Positions 48,191 through 55,450 of a stretch of DNA of 55,450 nucleotides are shown piece after piece. The DNA comes from a virus. Its lineage: Duplodnaviria > Caudoviricetes. Made by a program: the position numbers and the translations under genes. Below the pieces are notes generated by a model. It searched no databases. It worked only from the letters and a program-made list of their open reading frames with translations, and was not told the DNA's origin. Positions within the stretch are counted from its first letter, which is position 1; every line of letters begins with the position of its first letter. The stretch spans positions 1 through 55,450 of the IMG/VR virus record IMGVR_UViG_3300025108_000062. One strand, 5' to 3'.

Positions 48191-48493
48191 ATGATCAAAA
48201 AAGAAAAGGACATTTACAGGGTTCAAAAGGGTAACAATTATAGCCTGTACACAAAAAATGGTGTCAAACACAATTTGAGTGGTCCTGCTCTAAAAATTGA
48301 CGAAGACGAATGGTACTATATTAAAGGACAGAGCTACACTTGGAGCCAATGGACTGATTATGTTAGCCTTTTTCAGAGCTTTGAGAAACCGCAGTTTGAT
48401 ACAGAAAAGGACCAATTTGCTCTAGCTGAAGAGTCTTCTGACGGCATATCCATAGATTTAAAGGAATTTAAAGGAAAAAGCCGTAATCTGTAA
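48191..48493 (+). CDS. Hypothetical early protein
   Basis: NG.KH...GPA....EWY..G motif. Confidence 0.55.
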   Translation: MIKKEKDIYRVQKGNNYSLYTKNGVKHNLSGPALKIDEDEWYYIKGQSYTWSQWTDYVSLFQSFEKPQFDTEKDQFALAEESSDGISIDLKEFKGKSRNL

Positions 48494-48562
48494 TACAGAT
48501 TGAAAAAAAGTGCAATTATTAGTAAAAAAAGTATTTACAATCCGCAGAAAATAGCTTAGAAT
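48485..48562 (+). promoter_or_regulatory. Early promoter with AATCTGTAATACAGATT palindrome
   Basis: Palindrome 48485-48501; TTTACA 48534; TAGAAT 48557; drives a 36-aa ORF at 48569-48679. Confidence 0.8.
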
Positions 48563-48680
48563 ATAGTCATGCAAGATAAAAAAAGGTTAGAAGAAAGACT
48601 TAAAGAGTCCCTTGAAAAAGGTCATATCAGCGAACAAGACGCTCGCGAGATCCTCAAATTGAGTGAAATTGAAGATTAAT

Positions 48681-48787
48681 TGTTCAGTTGAACACCAGTA
48701 TTCATCTGAACACCAAAAAAAAGCACATTTTTAGTAAAAAAAGTATTTACAATCCGCAGAAAATAGGTTAGAATATAATCAGAATCA
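48681..48787 (+). promoter_or_regulatory. Early promoter with tandem TGTTC-N4-GAACA units
   Basis: TGTTCAGTTGAACA 48681-48694 and TATTCATCTGAACA 48699-48712; TTTACA 48746; TAGAAT 48769. Confidence 0.85.
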
Positions 48788-48798
48788 AACAAGAAACT

Positions 48799-49242
48799 AT
48801 GAAAAGAAACGGCAAAAAGAACATCCAACTCCTCCGCAACCTCATTTCAACCTTCAATGGAGATATTCCACGAAAAACGGTTGTTGCTCTTGCTACTAGC
48901 AACAATCTCATCGAAAATGATACCTATCCACTCATTAAGCCTATTGCTCGAGGAAATGAGCGAGGAACATACAGCGTTGATAAGATGTTGGAACTCGCCG
49001 ACAAAATCCTCAACAAAGGTAAAAAGGCCAAGCCTAGTACAAAAAAGGCTGTCAAAAAACCTTCTCTCAAGGAAGAAATTTTGGCGATGACTCCAACTGA
49101 ATTGGTTGACGAGTCTGGAATGTTTGAGGTTGCAGCTGCAATCCACGAGGAAAAAAACTACAACAATCGAGTATGGGGAGAAGTTCCATATACTGAAGAC
49201 GACGTCAATGACGAGCTCAGCCTTATGGGAACTTACCTTTAA
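48799..49242 (+). CDS. Hypothetical early protein
   Basis: 147 aa; Lys-rich linker and acidic tail ending ELSLMGTYL. Confidence 0.6.
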   Translation: MKRNGKKNIQLLRNLISTFNGDIPRKTVVALATSNNLIENDTYPLIKPIARGNERGTYSVDKMLELADKILNKGKKAKPSTKKAVKKPSLKEEILAMTPTELVDESGMFEVAAAIHEEKNYNNRVWGEVPYTEDDVNDELSLMGTYL

Positions 49243-49269
49243 TTTAAAAGATCAGATATAAAATTAGAT

Positions 49270-49485
49270 ATGAAAGAAATGAGTAAATGTTACAAGTTGA
49301 TTAAGCACTATGGATCGGATCATAGTGAGAGCGTGGTAGCGGTATCACATCAAATGGAGAAGCTTCACAAGGCTTTAAAGGTGCTTAATGTTAAAGGATG
49401 GGATGTCTTATCTGAAGATCAACTCGAATGGGCACACCAGCGAGAAGGCAACTACTTCGCAGTTGTTCCAGTCACTTACCTCTAA
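49270..49485 (+). CDS. Hypothetical protein
   Basis: 71 aa in operon. Confidence 0.5.
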   Translation: MKEMSKCYKLIKHYGSDHSESVVAVSHQMEKLHKALKVLNVKGWDVLSEDQLEWAHQREGNYFAVVPVTYL

Positions 49486-49486
49486 T

Positions 49487-49675
49487 ATGAAAACAATAGA
49501 ACTAAAATACCTACTAAAAAAGGTCGCGCTCTCTCCGAAAGAGGAGCCCGTATTGATGGGCGAGATCACACTCGCTGTTAACGTGATTGAAAGAGTTAAG
49601 CACCAGAATCCGGGGCTTTATGAGAAGGTGCTGGATATGATCATGCCTGTTGAGGATGCTCCAATTGGTGAGTAA
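49487..49675 (+). CDS. Hypothetical protein
   Basis: ATG 1 nt after previous stop. Confidence 0.5.
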   Translation: MKTIELKYLLKKVALSPKEEPVLMGEITLAVNVIERVKHQNPGLYEKVLDMIMPVEDAPIGE

Positions 49676-49753
49676 AGATTGAAAAAAAGCACATTTTTAG
49701 TAAAAAAAGTATTTACAATCCGCAAAAAATAGGTTAGAATATAATCAGAATCA
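49676..49753 (+). promoter_or_regulatory. Early promoter cassette
   Basis: Near-identical to 48716-48787; TTTACA 49712; TAGAAT 49735. Confidence 0.85.
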
Positions 49754-49769
49754 AGCAAGAAACCACATT

Positions 49770-50252
49770 ATGACTACCACAGCTACAGAAAAATTCACCC
49801 AGATTTTCACTCAAATCCACGAAAATTATGGTTCACATGATTGGGATGGATCTGGCGAATGCCCGAACCATTGGAAACCTAAAGGAGGCACGACGTATAT
49901 CCTCGCGGAAGATGTTGATGTTGATGCCTTTATCAAAGCTATTGAAAGCGAAGACGACTATTTTACGGAAAAAGTTAGACACCAGGAAGTTGTTGAAGAC
50001 CCATACGAAAATGTTGAGTCTTGGGATCCACCAACATGGGTTACGAGTGCAGAAGATGGTTTCTTCCTTGACATCACGCAAACGGCTGAAACCAGCTCTT
50101 TACACCCAAAAATCGCTGTAAAAAAGTCTGTCACATGTCTTAATTTTGAGGGCTATTACAACCATCTTGAAACAGTGTACACTACGGTTGATGGAGAAAT
50201 TCTCGGATCGTCTAAAATTGAAGCTTGGCTCAAAGCAAATCCTTCTCGATAA
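49770..50252 (+). CDS. Hypothetical early protein
   Basis: TQ..ENYG.HDWDG.GECP..WK.KGG motif typical of phage early hypotheticals. Confidence 0.65.
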   Translation: MTTTATEKFTQIFTQIHENYGSHDWDGSGECPNHWKPKGGTTYILAEDVDVDAFIKAIESEDDYFTEKVRHQEVVEDPYENVESWDPPTWVTSAEDGFFLDITQTAETSSLHPKIAVKKSVTCLNFEGYYNHLETVYTTVDGEILGSSKIEAWLKANPSR

Positions 50253-50338
50253 TTAAAGTCTAATTATCTGCAAAAAAATATGTACAACTACCATTTTTTA
50301 TGGTAGAATACTATCAGAAACAAAAAACAAACTATATT

Positions 50339-50728
50339 ATGAAACTAAGTCAATTCGATAAGTCGTCAGTAAAAGAAATCAGGGTAGCTATGGATGCTGC
50401 TCTCGCAAAAGTAGAAAAGCAGTATGGAATTAAGATTTCTACAGGAAACGCTAGGTTCTCTGAAGAGGAGATTGTTTTTAAGGTTAAAGCTAACGCCATT
50501 GATACTAGCGGAAACGTAAAAACTAAGGAAGCTAAAGCATGGGAGACGATTCGACACGCTATTGGACTAGGAAATTTGTCAGTAGGTGATGATATTAAAG
50601 TCCAAGATAAGTTTTTTGCATTAAAAGGCTATAACAGCAGAGCCCGAAAATCACCTATTGAAATTGAAGATTACAACGGCCGAGCATACAAAATTTCAGT
50701 TGATACGCTAAAATTATTCAACAAGTAA
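50339..50728 (+). CDS. Hypothetical early protein
   Basis: After promoter TGTACA 50281 / TAGAAT 50304. Confidence 0.6.
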   Translation: MKLSQFDKSSVKEIRVAMDAALAKVEKQYGIKISTGNARFSEEEIVFKVKANAIDTSGNVKTKEAKAWETIRHAIGLGNLSVGDDIKVQDKFFALKGYNSRARKSPIEIEDYNGRAYKISVDTLKLFNK

Positions 50729-50755
50729 AAAAACAAAAAGTAGAAAAAATATATT

Positions 50756-51580
50756 ATGGGATTCTTTAAACAAATTGACACACTTGATCAGGTACCGCAA
50801 TTCAACGTTGAAAAGGTAAAAGTTTTTGACGCAAATAATCGCGAAATTCCTAACACTTATTCACTTCAGCGAGGTGATAATAACGAACATTTAGGTATGG
50901 TTAAGGAAAACTATCGACCAATCCAAATGGATGAAATGATTGATATCCTTAGCACTGCTTCAAAAAATGTTGGCGATATTAATCATGTTGCTTATGCATT
51001 CGCTAGGAAAGGTCGACAAGTCGTCATTCAATCTAAATTGGCTGAAGATATTAACGTTGACGGTGATATCTTGAAGCCATATTTTTACACTGTTATTGAT
51101 AACAGTGGTAAAGGTTCTAATAAAACTATTCCTTCAACTGAGAGAATTGCTTGTATGAATGCGTTTCATTTAATTAAATCTGATGCTTCAAACCGAAGTT
51201 TGCATAACACTAACTTCGATCATAAGGTTGAAGCAATGACTGATAATATTGTCAACTCAGTAAATAGAGCTAGACAGTTTAGCTCAGTTATTGAAAGACT
51301 AAAGGGTTTATCGTATACTAGAAAAGATATGGAAAACCTATCTGAAAATCTTATTCCAGTAAAAAAGGATGAGTCTACAAACCGAGTGAATAAAAGAGCA
51401 GAGCTTCTGCATCTATTTAGCAGAGGTCTTGGAAACTCAGGCCGCACTAGGTGGGATGCGCTTAATGCTATTACTGAATACGAAACGCACAAAGGTAAAA
51501 AGACACCTGAAAAACTTGTGCATGAGCTTACCGTTTCTAACACTCTTTCAAAAAGAGGTTTTGAAATTCTAGCTGCTTAA
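50756..51580 (+). CDS. DUF932-family protein
   Basis: R.D....LG.V...Y.PIQ, RIACMN, T.W.A.NA.TEY..H. Confidence 0.75.
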   Translation: MGFFKQIDTLDQVPQFNVEKVKVFDANNREIPNTYSLQRGDNNEHLGMVKENYRPIQMDEMIDILSTASKNVGDINHVAYAFARKGRQVVIQSKLAEDINVDGDILKPYFYTVIDNSGKGSNKTIPSTERIACMNAFHLIKSDASNRSLHNTNFDHKVEAMTDNIVNSVNRARQFSSVIERLKGLSYTRKDMENLSENLIPVKKDESTNRVNKRAELLHLFSRGLGNSGRTRWDALNAITEYETHKGKKTPEKLVHELTVSNTLSKRGFEILAA

Positions 51581-51690
51581 TTATGGAACACGAAACTATT
51601 ATAGAAGCTATTAGTTTTATATTGAAACTAATCCTAGGTGGCTTAAGTTGTTTAGCTATAGGCACCTTTTTAATGGCAGTATAAAAACAT

Positions 51691-51776
51691 GGCTCGGTGG
51701 CGGAATTGGTAGACGCTGTGGATTTAAAATCCATTGATCCTAGATCGTGCGGGTTCGATCCCCGCCCGAGCTACCA
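51691..51776 (+). tRNA. tRNA-Leu(UAA)
   Basis: GGCTCGG/CCGAGCT, GGCGGAATTGGTAGACGC, loop TTTAAAA, long variable arm, A-CCA. Confidence 0.93.
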
Positions 51777-51966
51777 TTAAAAAAAACATTAATAAAAATT
51801 TATGAACGAAATTAATCATTCACCAGAACTAATCGATTATTGCATTGATAATAAGCTAACATTTGCTGAAGGATATGCAGCAATGATTGAACAAAAGCTT
51901 TCCAAGCTTGAAGAAGATCTACGCGATTTACGACGGGATATTGAATTTAGTATCGATTAATAAAAT

Positions 51967-52042
51967 GCGCTTGTAGCTCAGTGGTTAGAGCAGGGGTCTC
52001 ATAAACCCTTGGTCGCTGGTTCGAGTCCAGCCGGGCGCACCA
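51967..52042 (+). tRNA. tRNA with CAU anticodon (most like tRNA-Ile2; elongator Met not excluded)
   Basis: GCGCTTG/CGGGCGC, loop CTCATAA, TTGGTCGCTGGTTCGAGTCCAGC resembles ileX-type tRNAs. Confidence 0.88.
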
Positions 52043-52064
52043 TTTAAATGTATAAATAAATTAT

Positions 52065-53303
52065 ATGAAAGCGACAGATAAGATCAGCAAAATAATCGAA
52101 AATCTTCAAGATTCCATCAAAGAATTAGAAGGGCTGAAAACCGCTATTCCAAAAGCAGAAGAAGTTTCTAGTGCAGAATACAGCAGTGCTGAATCTAGTG
52201 CTGAATCCAAACCTACCAAGCAAAGAGGGACATGGCCATGTCCCAAACCTACCCAGGGTTTTTTTTCTCGTGGCTTAACCAAATCATGGCCAAGCTTCAA
52301 ATATCTCTCAGGGGAGATCGTAGGAAATCTGACGAAAACTCGGACAATGGCGTTAGATGACTTTAACGTCATTCACTCACTTGGTTATAAGTCTGACATG
52401 CACATTAAAACTGATACGCTTTTAGGGAGCATATCACGCGAGATGCCAGGCCATAAAGGCTTCATTGGTACAGTAGACGCGTCTAACGGAATTACATATT
52501 TCATGCCTGCTTACTCAACTTCTATCGGCAAATTAGAAAGACAAACTGGCAAACTTACTCTCGAAAACAAATTTCCTTCAACACCTCAAGTTAGATCTGG
52601 AGCTGAAGGAAAGAACGGTGTCATTTATATGCCATCCTATACTAGAACTCTTAAAATATACACCTACGATACTAAGACTGGAGAGACTACATCATTTACT
52701 CCTGAAAAACCTAAACGAAGTGGAATTGGTGGTTGCAACCATATTTGGGGAGCAGCTACAGATAAAAAAGGAGAGATTTACATGCCTCAAGTTCTAGGTT
52801 CTAGTGTTGCTAAGATTGATAAGAATGGTGTTTTTAAATACCTTGAAGGTCCTCCTGCTACTTCTGGAGTTTCCGGATGGACCCACAAATATGTCGGAGC
52901 AATTTATGTTGAAGCCGTTGATAAAGTATTCTGTTTACCAAGATGTGGTAAAAAAATCTTAATCATTAATTGTGTTGACGACACATACGAAGAAGTTGAC
53001 CTTCCAGCAGATTATTTGAAGGTGGCAAACAAGAATAAAAACTTTCACGGATTTTTAGGGCCTGATGGTTGGGTTTACAGCGCTTTCTGGGCTGACACCA
53101 AATGCTTTAGGATTAATCCGCACACCAATGAAATTCAGTGGAAAGATTACGAATACGAATTTATGGATGGACACCCAACAGTCAAAGCAGGATCAGGAAT
53201 CATGAGTCTTGGAACCGGATATTCTACAGCAGCACTAGTCAAAAACAAGAGTGTATACCTCGGCTTAGCTGGTACTTCAAGAGCTATTAAGCTCGAGTTC
53301 TAA
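52065..53303 (+). CDS. Late protein with probable beta-propeller domain
   Basis: TATAAATA at 52051; repeats of (G).NG.IY.MP....I...D..T; coiled-coil N-terminus. Confidence 0.65.
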   Translation: MKATDKISKIIENLQDSIKELEGLKTAIPKAEEVSSAEYSSAESSAESKPTKQRGTWPCPKPTQGFFSRGLTKSWPSFKYLSGEIVGNLTKTRTMALDDFNVIHSLGYKSDMHIKTDTLLGSISREMPGHKGFIGTVDASNGITYFMPAYSTSIGKLERQTGKLTLENKFPSTPQVRSGAEGKNGVIYMPSYTRTLKIYTYDTKTGETTSFTPEKPKRSGIGGCNHIWGAATDKKGEIYMPQVLGSSVAKIDKNGVFKYLEGPPATSGVSGWTHKYVGAIYVEAVDKVFCLPRCGKKILIINCVDDTYEEVDLPADYLKVANKNKNFHGFLGPDGWVYSAFWADTKCFRINPHTNEIQWKDYEYEFMDGHPTVKAGSGIMSLGTGYSTAALVKNKSVYLGLAGTSRAIKLEF

Positions 53304-53304
53304 A

Positions 53305-53517
53305 ATGAAAAGCTACAAACAATTTTACAAAATAGCAAGAGATCGAGGTTTTTCGTGTGAACCTGTTGCAAACACACCAGAGTTTAGTCACGCAGAAGAA
53401 GCTTTAGTATATTGGAAGTATAACGCAAAAAGAATTCACGACAGCAATTTTTACAACGATCCGACAGTTTTAATTAGACGAGAGGTGCATACTGTTATTG
53501 AGAAACAACTTGATTAA
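53305..53517 (+). CDS. Small hypothetical protein
   Basis: Starts MKSYKQF, downstream of a late gene. Confidence 0.5.
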   Translation: MKSYKQFYKIARDRGFSCEPVANTPEFSHAEEALVYWKYNAKRIHDSNFYNDPTVLIRREVHTVIEKQLD

Positions 53518-53836
53518 TGAATAAATTATGGAGAATATGGTGTAAAACTATGGGAGAAAAGGTGAGTGCAGATTCACGAGAAGCCGACATCGCTGCTCTT
53601 ATTAGAACCTTTTGGTGGTTTGTGCATATTACAACATGCGGTTTTATCATCGCAAATACAATTAGACACTGGTAAATTATGTTTGAAAATTTTCACTTAG
53701 ACGACTTAGGTCGCATCACATACAGAATTGTCCGAAGATTTGGATATACCGAAGAATGGTGGTTTGAATACGACGAAAAAGGTACTAAAACGTGCACTAA
53801 GTATATTAAGGAGCATAAACCTTTTTAGAGGTTAAT

Positions 53837-53930
53837 TGTTCAAATGAACACCAAAATCTGTATTACAGATTAAAAAAAGTGCATTTTTTGTAAAAAAAGT
53901 ATGTACAGTAGTCATTTTTTATGGTAGAAT
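53837..53930 (+). promoter_or_regulatory. Early promoter carrying both palindromes
   Basis: TGTTCAAATGAACA 53837-53850; AATCTGTATTACAGATT 53855-53871; TGTACA 53902; TAGAAT 53925. Confidence 0.85.
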
Positions 53931-53959
53931 ATTACTAGAATAAAGCAAGAAACTACCAT

Positions 53960-54172
53960 ATGACCAAAGAAATTGAAGAGTGGAAAAAACTCAGACAGGA
54001 AAAAATTGAAATCGCCCAGAAAGTTTACGCAATCGTAAATTATAATCTTCCTCCAGATGACGATGCTGGAACAATTCAAAATGTGGTAAACCTCGTCGAC
54101 GACCTTAACGATTACGTAAAACACTTAACTGAAATCGACCCAGTCATCGATCAACGAGTACTTTCTATATAA
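53960..54172 (+). CDS. Hypothetical early protein (probable paralog of 43417)
   Basis: IVNYNLPPDDDAGTIQN vs LVHNHIPPGKDDSGSVNN. Confidence 0.55.
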   Translation: MTKEIEEWKKLRQEKIEIAQKVYAIVNYNLPPDDDAGTIQNVVNLVDDLNDYVKHLTEIDPVIDQRVLSI

Positions 54173-54173
54173 T

Positions 54174-54857
54174 ATGAAAAACACACTAATTATTATTACT
54201 GCTATTATCGCAGCTGGTTTTTATTTCGACCGAAAACCAAAAGTCATTGAGACCGTAAAAGAAATTGAGACTATTAGGGAAATGACTCCTCTTCTCGTTA
54301 AGCCAAATTTTATTTACGTAAATCATTCTATTGAAATGCGTGTTAGAAAAGAACCTCTGCTTGTTAAACCAAATGTTGTTCCTTTAAAACCTAAACCTAA
54401 TTACGATTTTCACAATGAAATGTTGAAAGGCGTTAAATTTTTTGAAGGATTCAAAAGTAAATCATACTACTGTTGTGCTGGTGTTAAGACTATTGGTTAT
54501 GGGTGTACAGACAAAAAAATTGTTAATATTGGAGTGATTACTCAAGATAAAGCTTCTGCTCTTTTATTAAATGAATTACGTTCTGTACGTGAGAAAGTGA
54601 AAAAGGAAGTTAAAGTGCCACTAACTGAATATCAGCTGTGTGCTCTTACTTCTTTTACATACAACTTAGGCCTTACTAATCTCAAAGAATTGATTAATAG
54701 CCCTAACCGTCTTAACGATGGAAACTATAAAAGTGTAGAAAAAATCATGCCTCTTTATCGTAATGCAGCTGGCAAAATTAAAAAAGGTTTAGTTAAGCGG
54801 AGAGCTTGGGAAGTTTCTTTGTGGAATGGTGAGCCGAATTGTTTAATTACACACTAA
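54174..54857 (+). CDS. GH24 phage lysozyme with N-terminal membrane/SAR-like segment
   Basis: EG.......C.AGV.TIGYG (E-x8-C-x5-T), AL.SF.YNLG, GL..RR..E. Confidence 0.85.
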   Translation: MKNTLIIITAIIAAGFYFDRKPKVIETVKEIETIREMTPLLVKPNFIYVNHSIEMRVRKEPLLVKPNVVPLKPKPNYDFHNEMLKGVKFFEGFKSKSYYCCAGVKTIGYGCTDKKIVNIGVITQDKASALLLNELRSVREKVKKEVKVPLTEYQLCALTSFTYNLGLTNLKELINSPNRLNDGNYKSVEKIMPLYRNAAGKIKKGLVKRRAWEVSLWNGEPNCLITH

Positions 54858-55012
54858 ATTAGAATATGATTATAAAAAAAGGAGATTTTACAGGATATGG
54901 TGTGGTTACTATGGTAGCTCACTGGGGATTTATTGCAGTATCTAAAGATGGAAAAGTTACTGTAAAGACTAATCCCGATTGGGATGATTGGTACAAGCAA
55001 GGACGTTAAGAT

Positions 55013-55267
55013 ATGAAGCAAGTAGTAAAATCTCGATATGGAGACTCTAGAATTTTCTTTTGTGAAGATTCTAAATGGTATGTAGATCTTAAAGAAACTC
55101 GCTTTGTAAGATTTATAGGAGAGGGTGATGATATAGATGCAATTGATCCCGATGGAGGTCCTTATATCGCTATAGGGTATAAGCTAAGTGATATAGCTAC
55201 TTTCCTTCCTGATACAACAATCTCTAAGCTTAATAGAATTAAACCGGGTACGTACCAATTAACTTAA
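55013..55267 (+). CDS. Hypothetical protein
   Basis: SRYGD.R, DPDGGPYI..G. Confidence 0.55.
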   Translation: MKQVVKSRYGDSRIFFCEDSKWYVDLKETRFVRFIGEGDDIDAIDPDGGPYIAIGYKLSDIATFLPDTTISKLNRIKPGTYQLT

Positions 55268-55450
55268 TTAAATTATGAAGTTATTATTTTTTACACTTGT
55301 TATCTAATTTTTATCATGAACATAGAAAAAACATGGATGGAAGAGGCTCGTCAGATTGCAGCGCAATGCTGGTGCGACGAGGAAACGCAAGATCGTGAAA
55401 TGGATGTTGTCCTCGCGGAAGCAGTGGCGAAACGGATCGCGGCTTGGATG

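Noticed and set aside
48485-48501. E. coli-type LexA box
   Set aside because: CTGT and ACAG are 3 nt apart, not 8
1-55450. Genome-wide UGA reassignment (code 4/25)
   Set aside because: Conserved genes (44, 42, nrdB, nrdA) end at TGA at their expected C-termini, and Trp is encoded by TGG

Overview
A 55.4 kb, AT-rich segment of a T4-like (Tevenvirinae-related, probably marine) myovirus genome. All credible genes are on the + strand. It holds the replication/recombination core (uvsW, 55, 47, 46, 45, 44, 62, regA, hsp20, 43, uvsX, 41, rnh) and an AEP-type primase-like gene, with no DnaG-type gp61 in the window. It also has a cytosine-hypermodification cluster (thyX, gp42-like dCMP hydroxymethylase, nuclease-like ORF, DUF1599-like protein, alpha-glucosyltransferase, atypical C5-methyltransferase), a late cluster of probable capsid-packaged proteins, nrdB/nrdA, phoH, a glycan module (GT14-like, two sulfotransferases, KpsS-like), an outer-membrane beta-barrel, a lysozyme and four canonical tRNAs. 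Most unusual signals: (1) repeated early-promoter cassettes carrying the palindrome TGTTC-N4-GAACA, which matches the reported Verrucomicrobia LexA box, or a second palindrome in the same slot; (2) an in-frame UGA inside a late head-protein ORF, followed by a SECIS-like hairpin; (3) two tRNA-like RNAs whose anticodon loop is replaced by a structured insert; (4) a ROSE-like thermometer before hsp20; (5) capsid-targeting-like and clamp-binding-like peptide tags on accessory enzymes. All family assignments come from motif recognition by eye; no database searches or folding computations were run.
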